The position numbers and the translations under genes were made by a program. Positions 1-11,161 of a stretch of 64,000 bases of DNA are shown piece by piece; within the stretch, counting starts at the first letter, position 1; every line of letters begins with the position of its first letter. This DNA is from Lepidodermella squamata (Eukaryota; Animalia; Gastrotricha). The stretch spans positions 1,364,001-1,428,000 of the forward strand of contig JBLDXI010000025.1 of NCBI GenBank assembly GCA_047495785.1, written 5' to 3'. The notes beneath the pieces were generated by a model. That model worked only from the letters and a program-made list of their open reading frames with translations. It was not told the DNA's origin and did not search any database.

Positions 1-1338
1 AAATTTTGAGCAAAACAAGGGTCAACAAGTCAATACTTGAAACGATTAACTGGGAATGAACGGAACTACTTATATCACGGCAGAAAAAAACAATATTGAG
101 CATGAGGCAAGTATTCATAGCAATAATTTATGGTATTTTTTTATATTTTTCCTTCTCTATTAAAAAGAGATTCAAGTACTAGAACGACTAAAATTTGAAA
201 TCTGGGCGTCAACAACTTAGGCGTTAAAGCAAATCTTGTGGAGTAACTTGATGTGTTAAGACGCAACTGCATACTAATCATGAGAAGCTTGTACCAATGA
301 GTTTGGGTTGGGTTTTTTCATCTCGCTAGTGCATGAACTAAAGTAACTTTCTGTTTACTCAACTCTTACAAGTCAACCAAACGAATTGCCGCAAAAAAGT
401 ATAAAAGCGAGAAAACCGCAGGGACTGTTTCGCTAATCATGGAGTTGGACCTTGAAGCGTTGTAGCTCCATCGTTTTTCTTTAAATTAAACGTTTTTTAA
501 ATAATCAAGAAACTATTCAATATTAACTAGCAATAAATATCTAAACAGCCTCGCTTATCCGAAAATTAAGTCAGTGAGCTCAGTAAGTTTCAGCTTGATT
601 AACGCTAAATAGGTATATGCTGCAGGAGCTCGCAATGTTATGAATCAATTATTCTAGTATAGCTAAACAGCGCATTTTCAAACTTATATTATCATACTAT
701 TATCCATTAATTTTCTCGCGATCGAAAGCCTCAAATATCTCGACAGAGTATTTTATGTGAGCTTGAGCATCGAGAAATGACGAACTACCTAATAAGCCAT
801 CCGAGGCCGATTCGAGGTCAAATCCATGCAGTCTTCAATTAAAGCGAAATATGAAATAATTCCGATCCCAAACAAAATAAACTAAGCGTTTCACTATGGC
901 TTTTGTTGAAATGTTCGAAGATTCTAGTGCGGCTATCGTTATATTTAAAAAATCGAGCATTAAATTTGCACCGAATGCCACCGGTAAAATTGTTTACTAT
1001 TTCTACTGAGATGGGCTAATAAGTTCTATAGCCCTATATCAGGGCACTCAAGACTTCGATTTCCTCGAGAAATGTGAAAGCAGTGGTATTGCAAAAATTA
1101 GAGCGAGAGATATAAAATTGTCCACCAACAAATTTGTCATGACTTTTTTTATTTATTACAAAAAAACGAGATCGCATTTTAATGCCTTAAAACTAGACTA
1201 GAACTCACCACTCGTTTACGAAACATCACGTCACTACTCGCGAGATTAGCCAAAAACGTTAATAACAGGATTAAAACCCGGATGAAAGGCCTTATTTTCA
1301 CTACTAGTGCAAACTAATTTCATACACAAAAAAATGTA

Positions 1339-2046
1339 TCAGCTTACATCAGTTTCCTCCCAGAAGTAGGGGCCATTTCGCGGCAGTGTTGCCAGCGACG
1401 TTAACGAAGCGTTGCGACGGTGGTTTTTCTTCGCCACAGCTTCCAGCTCGGCGCGTTTCGAAACCGAACCACTGCGAGTTAGCGGCGCGAAAGCACCGGA
1501 TTGAATAACCGGCACTTCGAAGACTGGTTTGACGTAGTTACTACCATCCGATTGAGCAGCATTCTCGACCTTCCGCAACGGCGGTTCGACTAGAGTTGTT
1601 GTTGCAACAGCAGGTTTTTGAGCATCATTCTTCGACTTTTTAGCGCGTAACCGTGGCAATGTTCCAAAAATTTGAGCGATTTGTATTGAAGCAGATAACG
1701 AATCTGAGCTAGGCCACGCTGCATTAGTAGTAGTAGTAGCAGCATGGCTATTACACAAATCCTGAGCCGATTGCGATTCCAATATCACAATTTCGCTTTG
1801 ATTCGACTGACTACCTGGTACAAAAATGAATTTTTTATTTTTGATTGACGATGAACCGGTTGATTGTTGGTGATTTCGGGGCAGAGTTGCGTAGGACGAG
1901 GCGGGCGAGGCCGAATCAGGCGAACCCCGCAGGCCATGAACCGAACTGAGCCGACCCTTGACTTTTCTCAGCAGCGAGGCGAAATAATTGCGAGGCGAAG
2001 AAGACGAGGCATAGTTTCTGTTATTTCTCGAAAAATTCTCCGACAT
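1339..2046 (-). CDS. Uncharacterised low-complexity (Ser/Thr-rich) 235-aa protein with three TLPR motifs
   Basis: Uninterrupted ATG-to-TGA ORF. A TTTTAG acceptor-like site lies 9 nt upstream of the ATG and AATAAA lies downstream on the minus strand (~1148-1157). The recurring YATLPR/FGTLPR/LATLPR motif argues for coding. Confidence 0.65.
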   Translation of the reverse strand: MSENFSRNNRNYASSSSPRNYFASLLRKVKGRLSSVHGLRGSPDSASPASSYATLPRNHQQSTGSSSIKNKKFIFVPGSQSNQSEIVILESQSAQDLCNSHAATTTTNAAWPSSDSLSASIQIAQIFGTLPRLRAKKSKNDAQKPAVATTTLVEPPLRKVENAAQSDGSNYVKPVFEVPVIQSGAFAPLTRSGSVSKRAELEAVAKKNHRRNASLTSLATLPRNGPYFWEETDVS

Positions 2047-3495
2047 AAAAAAACACTAAAAAAATTGAAAAAATTACCAATAAGTTTGTCATTTCATTTT
2101 CAATTTTAATCTCAATTTCTTTCAAGGCTCTTTTCCTGCCAATATTTCAGGATTTCATGCTTCAATTCGATCAATTTTTCTTCTTCGTCATTAAATATAT
2201 CATTATTACGTGCACTTGGAGAGTGTTTTTTCATCATGCGTGTCGAAAAAACTACAAGAAGTATCAATACATGAATATTTTATGAGGTGGTTTCGTGTGT
2301 GCATCTTCTTTCTCGCGCTCAATATATATAGTTGTAGACATTTATAACAAAAATACACGATTAGAATTCAAGCGCCGTGAGAGAATAAGATGAAGTAGTA
2401 ATTAAGTACGCATAACACCCAATCGCAACGCAAGAATTTATAACGAAGGTGATGGAGGCACGGTAGAAAATTTCCTCTCAATTTAATTTGCATGCAGTTC
2501 GGTTTTGTGATTAATTTTTGAGGCCGCTGAAAGCCGCACTAAAATCAGAAGACGACAACATTGAATAGCTAGAAGTTTCGTCACGGGGCGATTAAAGGAG
2601 TATATTTCTTTGAATATCGTCGAATAATAAGCTGTTCCCGGAATTCACATTAACTATAATATGATTTGAAGACAAAACAGCACCAGGATTTAGTTAATTA
2701 AAGAAGATTTCTACACGAGATGATGTACAATAATGGTAATATTGTAGACCGATGCGTGATTCATTTTTCGTAAAAAAGAGAGCGAGAATTAAGAGAGAAA
2801 GACAGGTTTGCTCAACTTTTTTCGTGTATGTGTAATGGAACTCGAACGACTTCTATAAAGCGCGGTTTGGACTGATTAGCGGCGGAAAAAAGGTTGAATG
2901 GTTCAAGTCGCAACAATAAAGGGCAGTGAGAGCAGAGAACATTGACAGTAGGGCAAGAATTAAAAAGCCGATTTGTTTCACTACGTATTGTTGGTAGTAT
3001 TTATTTTTGGCAGCAGAATTTTAAACTTGCGTTCACAGTTTTGTTGTTATTATTATTATTTTAGCGATGATTTTTCACTCACACGAGCCGCGCATGAGGA
3101 CCGTAGGGAGCTGTCACTCGCGCAACTCCCAGGTGTCACAACAGCAAAACAGCTCTTTTGCATTGCAATAGTTTATTATTACTCTTTGTTTCGCGAAGTA
3201 AAAAATGTTATATGGCCACATTAAAATCCGCCTCAAAATTATGGATCGGGAATTGGAGGAAAAATAAAAGAAACCTTTAGGCCAAATGTCTCACAGAACT
3301 TCATAAGAGGTTTAATTACGACTTTTTGGCACGAAAATGAAGAATTTTCGTTAAAATTTGAAAAGAAAAAATCCTCCTTAAAAATAAATTTCTATATAAA
3401 TTTTTTCAAAATTAATTTCAGAATCTGGATTGAATTTCTCGATAGTTTTGAAGGCGGATTTTCGGACCAAATTCGAAGATTGAGAGACTGTGAGA

Positions 3496-5791
3496 CTACC
3501 AATAGAACTCGCTGCTTTCGTTGTAGTACGAGTAATCAGGCGACATGGCTCGTAGTTGCGACTTGTACCGCTGATCTTCCTCATTGAGAAGCGTGCCTGG
3601 CAATGGGCCGAAATGGTGTGCGATGATGTTGAAAGACGGCCCAGAGTCACCCGCCGCGTTTTGCTCTTCTTCCAGCGTCAGGTCGTTCGGGTCGGTGGGT
3701 ACGACCTCGACGATGTAGTTTTTACCGAAATGGTTGTCCCACCGCTCCTCGCCGTCTTCGAACTGCAGGCAGAAGCAGAACATGACGGCGCCGCCGCATA
3801 TCACCGGCTCGTTGGCGGGCGGCACCGGGGGCAGGGTGCGTTCGAGCACGTAGCGCTGGTACATGACGGCCATCAGCTGCGACGTGGCCATGCCCGCCAG
3901 CGGGATGAGCGTGCAGTCGACGTCGTCGAACGATATCCAGTTGTTCAAGGTGATGCGAGCGAACACTCGCTTCACTCTCTTCACACATTTAACCTGCAAT
4001 GGCAAATTTAATTTTTTAAATTAACGATGACGAAATAATCCTGTTGATCCCAGTCCAACGCTTTTATTTTGGAATAGAGAATTTTTAGCAGAATTTTATC
4101 GCTAGGAAGAGATTTCAAAGAAAATTGAATAATAGCGAATTAGACCATGTTTTACTATCAACTCCGATTAGATTGAATTCGCTGTTATTCCTGATATTTT
4201 CAGGATTTATAAACAGTAATAGTATATGTTACTAATTATAAGAAATTGCTGCATTTAACCCAGTTTCCCGAATGATAATAGTATACTCATGCTTCAAATA
4301 TGAGTTCAACATGTTGTGAGTTTCGCTTCACTCTATTACAGCAACAGTCATTCCAATCATCAAAAATTTTGCATTTCAACCTTCTTTCTTCATCGATACC
4401 TGGTTTCTAAATTATGAAATGATTTTCGCTGTTTTAATTTTTTCACAGATTCACACCCACAGATTCACGGAATAACTCATGAGATACTGGAAAGCAATCC
4501 TCGCTCTAGTCTTAAATATTCAGCTACAAAAGCACATTTTCCCTCAAATTCGATAAATCGATGACATGCGACCAAACCTTGGAATGAAAACTAGTGAACT
4601 CAGTTTTTCAGGCCATATATTAATTTTATCGTAAGATCATTTTCGAAAATTCATCCTCCAAGGCCCAAATCGTCGTTTAATTTTCAGCTATTACCCACAT
4701 TTCCACGGTGAATGATTCATTCCATCAATTAGGCTGGGCTGCGAATTTCTTCATCTGCAGCTGAAATAAATCTTCTTAGTCAACATGGAAATATTAAGCA
4801 AGACGGCTGTAATATCAGTAGCAACATGAGTATCATGTCAACTGTAAAAACATAACGGCGCGTTACTAGCACTCCATATAGCAGTTTTTTCCATGAGCTT
4901 TCTTCCAGCTAAGCTTATTAATCAAGAATTACTCATAAAGCGCACGTGTTCACGTGAAAGCGAAATGACGCCATAAATCGTGAAAATTCATACCACCCTA
5001 TTCTAGCGGAATAAAGAAGATTGTAAAATAGCCTAAAATGTTGAGACTAAATTGAGTCTGTCTCTTTCATTCAGATGCGTCAAAAACGAGCGGGATGTCA
5101 GCAAACATGAAGTAACTTATGAATAGTTATGAATCATTTCCACATTCAATTTTACAAAAAAATATTATTTAACCACCCGGTCCCAGTAATCGTGAATCAA
5201 ACAGTCACAAAAATAAACAATGTTTCAGGTTTTTATTTCGTGAAAGCAGTAAACAATTCTTACCTTGACTGTGCATATGAGTTTATCGTGATTGAGAAAT
5301 ACATTTTCGGCCAAAATCCACTGCTCCTCGACGTGTCTCGCAAATTCCGAGTAATCATCGATCGGCTGCGTGGCTTCCGTGTACGCCCATTTGCCAGGCG
5401 GTTTTTCGGTCGAATTCGACCTCGACGAGAGCTTGACAGCGCCGAAGAGCGTCGGCTCAACGTAAGACTCTTTCATAATCGCCTTCACGTCCAAATCCGG
5501 CGGAATATCACTCGGCGGGCATTCTTTCGAAGCGTATAAATCCCTGCCCTCGTCATCTGCGAATCGAACGCGAAATTTCGCCGTTCGTCGCGATGATTTC
5601 GCTGAACTCGATCTGCATGAGTGAAGTTGAGACGACGAATCGTTGTGAGGACACTGGCACTCGGCTGATTTCACAGATTCCGGTGATGTTGGAGCGGTGG
5701 AAGCTGACGATTCGGGAGAACTTAGCGCGTCGAATTTCGCTAGCTCTTCAACAACGCGCGCAACGTCGTCCAGCGCAATATCAGCACTCAT
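3496..5791 (-). CDS. PPP1R3: Protein phosphatase 1 glycogen-targeting regulatory subunit (CBM21 domain), 2 exons: 5791-5264, 3993-3496
   Basis: RVxF docking motif KFRVRFADDEG. CBM21 signatures ICTVKVK..RITLNNW and WDNHFGKNY. The AAG|GTAAGA donor and TTGCAG acceptor join in phase 0. Confidence 0.88.
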
Positions 5792-6978
5792 CTCGAGTTG
5801 ATGATAATAGAGAGAAAAACCGAGGCATTTCGTGTGATTAAATAAAAATTGATAAATTGAAAGAAATAAAAAATCACAACGAAATGCGACACGGTTCTAC
5901 TTCAATTTCTCGCCATTTTTTATCACAAAAAATCTAAAATTTAATAACAATTTCGAAGTTAAAAACTGAAATTTGTGTCTTTTTATTGTTGTTTTATTTA
6001 CAGGTTATTTTATCCGGCTGCTGCTGCTATGGGTTATAACGGATAGAATTTGAAGAAGCCGCTGCAAACACCCAAAATTGAAATCGAGCGAGAAGAACAG
6101 TAAACAATTCATGACACGATTGTAATATCTCATAGTAATAAACTTTGGTGGATACTTGTGTGTCTGCCCGGTGTAGCACAACGCGTTTATCTGTGTAACA
6201 TGTACGTGTAATAGGGGCAATCAAGAATTACAGAGAAAAAATCACCGCTGATGAACAATAATAAAGACTTTTTCAATCATAATATTTCATCGGGTTTAAG
6301 AATTATTACCATATTTTTAAATCGCAGCAGGGCGCACCTCAATGTCTTGCAAGCGGGTATTATTTACACGTAGATATATTCATAGGTTTTGCTATCACTA
6401 TTATTTCAGTTTTTTCCATCAATAACACAGAACTCACGAACCAGCCTCAATTTTTGATGTAAGGCCAAAATCATCATTACATTTATCAACCAGTCATGGC
6501 GGACGAACAATAGATTGGGAAATAAGAAAGAGAAAAATATATGTAGAAGAGATTATTTTTCATCATCATGTGTGTGTGCTTTGAATTTTGATTTTTAAAC
6601 ACAGCCGCCGCAATTTTTGCAACGAGAAATTCAATTTTTATTGAATAACAATTCTTTGTTGTTGCCGTGCAGTATTGAAAACTTCATTAGACCGTGCCCA
6701 AAAAAATTATGCGGCGAATAAGAGATATTTTTGTATTATCAAAGAAGAAGGACAGAAATTCGGAGAAATAATAATAAGAAGTCTAGAAAAAATCGATAAC
6801 AACTTGCCCGCAGTAATTTAACGATCACGTGTATAGCTGCAGCAATAATCTACTAGTACCTGTCTATATTATTTCGAGCCGAATTAAGTTGAGAATAATT
6901 ATCGATCAATATTTCCGAGAACAAGGAAACAAACAAGCGTTAATAATTATGACTCAAAAATGAAAAACCAGTCGCCTA

Positions 6979-7018
6979 ATCCGACATGTTTCAGCTTTTA
7001 TTCAGCCATCTTCAGGGT
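6979..7018 (-). ncRNA. Mirror copy of the minimal hammerhead ribozyme (sense with respect to SLC20 transcription)
   Basis: Exact reverse complement of 7301-7340 within the palindrome. Confidence 0.72.
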
Positions 7019-7300
7019 CTGACAACAAGTAAGGAAATCAACAATCAAGTTTCGAGACTAATATTAAAACAAGTTTACCAATTTTGTCACCAATCGTTTT
7101 TTTCCGTGTAATTATCAAAATTAATCAAAAGAATCAAAAACAGAAATCATGATCTATTTTAATAGATCATGATTTCTGTTTTTGATTCTTTTGATTAATT
7201 TTGATAATTACACGGAAAAAAACGATTGGTGACAAAATTGGTAAACTTGTTTTAATATTAGTCTCGAAACTTGATTGTTGATTTCCTTACTTGTTGTCAG

Positions 7301-7340
7301 ACCCTGAAGATGGCTGAATAAAAGCTGAAACATGTCGGAT
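7301..7340 (+). ncRNA. Minimal type I hammerhead ribozyme (Penelope-type)
   Basis: Sequence cc-CTGAAGA-t-ggct(gaataaa)agct-GAAAC-at-GTC-gg: conserved core, short stem II, palindromic stem III (ACATGT), GUC cleavage triplet ending at 7336, and cc/gg stem I. Confidence 0.75.
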
Positions 7341-7491
7341 TAGGCGACTGGTTTTTCATTTTTGAGTCATAATTATGATATCGCTTTTCCATCAAATCCT
7401 ACGACTAAAAAGCGTTAATAAATCAGATCTGAGAACATCCACCTTAATAACAGAAAAAAATAACGGTTTTTTCCACGTAATATTAATTTCT

Positions 7492-9807
7492 TCACAGGAA
7501 GGCGGGTAGTACAGTAGTGGTAGAACTAGCATTCATGAATTGTGTCACATTTGAGGCATTAAGTGATGACGGGTCGAAGCCCTCATTTGCAGCCGGGTAG
7601 AAAATTTGACGAAGCGCGGCCATGACAGCGGCAGAGAACGCCCCCGACGCCGGTACGGTGATGAACCACGCGAGGACGATATTTCGGAAAATATGCCAGT
7701 CCACCTGATTGCGGCCTCGACACAGCCCGACGAATACAACAGAACCAACCTTGCAGTGGGTTGTCGAAACCGGAATGCCGATCTGCGACGCGAATAACAC
7801 CGTGGTCGCTGCCCCGATTTCAATGCTGAAACCGCTGGGCGGGGTTACCTGCGTCAAATCGTTACCGACAGTTTCGATAACACGCCGGCCCAACACCCAC
7901 AATCCGACTGAAATTCCGAAACCGCCAAACAGTAGAATCCACCACTCAGCTCGAGCATTCGTCGGCAACGCACCGAACATGTGCAACTGGTAAATTCCGA
8001 TAACAGGGCCCACTGCGTTAGAAACATCATTACCACCATGCGCGAAAGCTCCGAAACACGCAGTTAGAATTTGAAGAAAAGCGAACAACCGCAACACGTC
8101 CGGCCATTCATTCACATCGTTATCCATCCTCGAGCTAGCAACAGACCTGGCTGAAGTCGCAGACCGGGCCGACTGGGTGCGCTTCCTCCTGCCAAGATCA
8201 CGACCGATGAATGACGTCACAGTTAACTGATTCTCGTCTTCGTAGTTATGATGGTGATGCATGTGGTGATTCGCCTCGTGGTCGTGTTCAGCAGCGACTA
8301 ATGTGACAGTTTTAGTCGCTGGAATCGCCGCTTCCGAGTTGGAAACCGGCTCGTCCACCTCACGATTTTTCAACGAAGCCTGCAGACTCGTACCAGGGAC
8401 AATCGTCGTCTGTTGCTGCTCATCTTCGACTTCATCTTGTTCATAGAATTTCGCTGATTTCTTCTCAATAGCCGAGACGACAGTAACCAGAGTTTCGCTC
8501 GAATTCGCGACTGATGGCGTCAAGGAGGACAGGATATCTTGGTGCTTCCGCGGCCCTAATTCCGGGCTATTCGGCGGAGTTGTAGCGTTGCTACTCGCTG
8601 TCATGTACTTTTGAGCAGCCGTATTCAAACTAGGCGTTTTTCCAGCCCGAGGCGTGACAAGCAACGGGGTTGACGAGCCGGAAACTTCGGCGGATGAAGC
8701 CGTTGATGAGGTAACAAAACCGCTAGGGATTCCGCAGTATTCACTGCTCATTTGTTGCTCGAGCGGGATTCCAGTCAGTGCTCCATTCAAACCCATCGAA
8801 AATTTACCTGAATCCGATTGCGACTGGCGCCGCGACGGTCCGAGCGATACAGCTGTAACTGTAATCGCCTTGCCACCACCGTTTTCCCGCTCGATTTTCA
8901 CCGATGAAGTGTTAGCAACTTCATTAGATTCAGCAACGGCCGGTAAAGGCTTCTTCTCGACCTCTGACTTGGCTGAGGTATCTTTTTCATCGACATTAGT
9001 AATAGCCGGAGGTTTCGAAGTGTGATCATTTGCGTCGTCATCCAACGCCGACATTGCTACCGATTGATTTCTCGTGAGGATAATGTGCCGTTTAAGTCGA
9101 GGGGCAACAATAAAACGAACAATGCCAGCAGCAATAAGACCGACGCCAAGACTGATAATCAAGGCGCCCCACCACGGCACAACATGGAAATATAAAATCT
9201 CAGGGCCATCCAGCACCACCGAGAAACAGTTGACAGCAAATGTCACCGAGTAGAAGAGAGGAAGTAGCAAAATTCCGCGGTTCAGTTGTTTCTTATGGTC
9301 CTTGATTTTCAAAATTGTAAAGCGAACGAAAGAATATAACCCGGCTGACACAATGCCAGATAATACGGGCGAGATGAACCATGACGCCGCGATTTTGCCA
9401 AGAACCCACCACCTCACACCTTCGGCACCTTTCACCACGAGAGTGAAGCCAACAACAGCGCCGACAATGCTGTGAGTTCCAGAAACCGGTAGTTTGAACA
9501 AAGTGGCAATCAGTAGCCACAAGCAAGCGCCTATCAATGATGACAGGTAACCCAATAAGAGGAGTTCGACGGCATCTTGGTAAAGGGCGATATCAATAAT
9601 GCCTTTCGAGATCGTCGAAGAGACTTTTGCGCCAACCAAAACAGAACCAGCTGTTTCGAATATCGTTGCTAATATACACGCTGCTTTTAGCGTTAACACT
9701 TTAGATCCAACAGATGTGCCGAACGAATTGGCGACGTCGTTAGCGCCAATACTGAAGGCTAGCGCAAAGCCGATAATAAACCCAACAATAACAATCCAAA
9801 GAACCAT
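7492..9807 (-). CDS. SLC20A1: Sodium-dependent phosphate transporter, SLC20/PiT family, intronless CDS (771 aa)
   Basis: N-terminal GANDVANSFGT and C-terminal HGGNDVSNAVGP signatures, plus PVSGTHSIVG and PVSTTHCKVG, with a large central hydrophilic loop. Assignment to paralog A1 versus A2 is not resolvable. Confidence 0.95.
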   Translation of the reverse strand: MVLWIVIVGFIIGFALAFSIGANDVANSFGTSVGSKVLTLKAACILATIFETAGSVLVGAKVSSTISKGIIDIALYQDAVELLLLGYLSSLIGACLWLLIATLFKLPVSGTHSIVGAVVGFTLVVKGAEGVRWWVLGKIAASWFISPVLSGIVSAGLYSFVRFTILKIKDHKKQLNRGILLLPLFYSVTFAVNCFSVVLDGPEILYFHVVPWWGALIISLGVGLIAAGIVRFIVAPRLKRHIILTRNQSVAMSALDDDANDHTSKPPAITNVDEKDTSAKSEVEKKPLPAVAESNEVANTSSVKIERENGGGKAITVTAVSLGPSRRQSQSDSGKFSMGLNGALTGIPLEQQMSSEYCGIPSGFVTSSTASSAEVSGSSTPLLVTPRAGKTPSLNTAAQKYMTASSNATTPPNSPELGPRKHQDILSSLTPSVANSSETLVTVVSAIEKKSAKFYEQDEVEDEQQQTTIVPGTSLQASLKNREVDEPVSNSEAAIPATKTVTLVAAEHDHEANHHMHHHHNYEDENQLTVTSFIGRDLGRRKRTQSARSATSARSVASSRMDNDVNEWPDVLRLFAFLQILTACFGAFAHGGNDVSNAVGPVIGIYQLHMFGALPTNARAEWWILLFGGFGISVGLWVLGRRVIETVGNDLTQVTPPSGFSIEIGAATTVLFASQIGIPVSTTHCKVGSVVFVGLCRGRNQVDWHIFRNIVLAWFITVPASGAFSAAVMAALRQIFYPAANEGFDPSSLNASNVTQFMNASSTTTVLPAFL

Positions 9808-11161
9808 GATCTCGCGAATATGTTAACTCGGACTGAACAGAAATGAACTTTCGAATTAAAGGAAATTTCTCATTATCTCGCCTGTGTATCGCGAATCACG
9901 CCACAGGCAATAAGGCGATGGAAATCACGGAGTCCATTCCAGGAAATGTTGAATCAACTTGTCGAATAAAATTCGCGGATATATTTTAAAGGTGAAACCC
10001 TATTACAAATAGCAAAAAGTCATATAATTCCATCAATTCCAAGACCCAAAAGTCACTGTTAAATCATAGGTACAAATACGCACGAGAAAAGCTGCTAGTA
10101 ATTGATAGGGTAATAAGAATCTCATAGCATCCCCTTAACACCCTGCCAGACGCAATCGTGAGAGTCGTAGTCTGTAGTCTGTCGCCTAAAATGTCATGCA
10201 ATTGGATTGTGGAAGAATCGTTCCATTTTAACACAATCCTTGATATGAAAACAGTAACTTAAATCCAAAGAGAAAGCTACTAATCAACATCTGTTTGCCT
10301 AGGTTACGATAGAGGCGACCTCTTCAGATAAGCTACCAGGCAAATCAATCCCAACGCATTTGTTCTGTGGCCCGTGGCTCTCAACCCTTGGCTTCCAATC
10401 GCAATCAACTCGTAAAATAACTAGATAATAATGTACGCAATAAAGCTTCCCGATATTTAATCCAGCAAAGCTAAATTCGAGATTTGAGATGATCATCACT
10501 CATCACCGAGTGTACTTACGTCTGAATCAATTACAGAGTATCATAAGTTTGCTGATCAAATGACAATTTTTTACATTTAACATCAAATAAAAACCACCTT
10601 GAGCATGATATTCGGACAAGAAAATAATATATAACAATTAACAATGCCGGCATTGTCAGGTATGTAACCGGTAACAGGTAGACAATGGGGGCTCAGATGT
10701 CTGAAATGGATTATGGACTTTGCTAGTTTTTCCCAAAAATCGGCCGAAAACGCGGGTCAAGTTGGGAAATATCCATTCGTTGTTGTGCGACTATTAATAA
10801 ATAATCTGGCAACGTTAATTTGGGTTTATTTATATTATATTTACACTATTTTGTAAATTCATGTGACCATGGTTACAGCGTCCACGTGCCGCATACGTTC
10901 TTTGTGGCCAAGTCAGACTTTTATTACAATATGTGTGTACCTTATACAAGACAATTTGAGAAGTCTTAAAGCCTGAATACTTACTTATCCGCAAATGTTT
11001 TATAATTTTCCCTTTCCTGGTTTTTAAGCTCTTGTAATTCTCTGATTCTAGATTTGTTGTATTATCGGAATGTCATTGTCGAGTGCCTGTGTCAATCTGC
11101 GAGGAGCTTTTCATTCGATGTAACGTTTTATTAATTCGGCTCAACTTTCTGCGGACATTCG

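Larger units (their letters stand above)
6947..7409 (+). mobile_element. Penelope-like element remnant: inverted pseudo-LTR pair (perfect palindrome 6943-7158/7161-7376) plus a short unique tail
   Basis: 216-bp perfect inverted repeat with a 2-nt loop. A 12-bp direct repeat AAGCGTTAATAA at 6935-6946 and 7410-7421 serves as TSD. It contains the minimal hammerhead motif typical of Penelope pLTRs. Confidence 0.8.

Noticed and set aside
3309-3319. GGTTTAATTAC, the start of the nematode SL1 leader
   Set aside because: Only 11 nt match, with no remaining leader or donor site, so this is not an SL RNA gene.
3556-4011. Plus-strand ORFs antisense to GC-rich exons (also 5129-5539, 8654-9025, 44727-45359, 47313-47786)
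   Set aside because: These are shadow frames of well-supported minus-strand exons with no motifs of their own.
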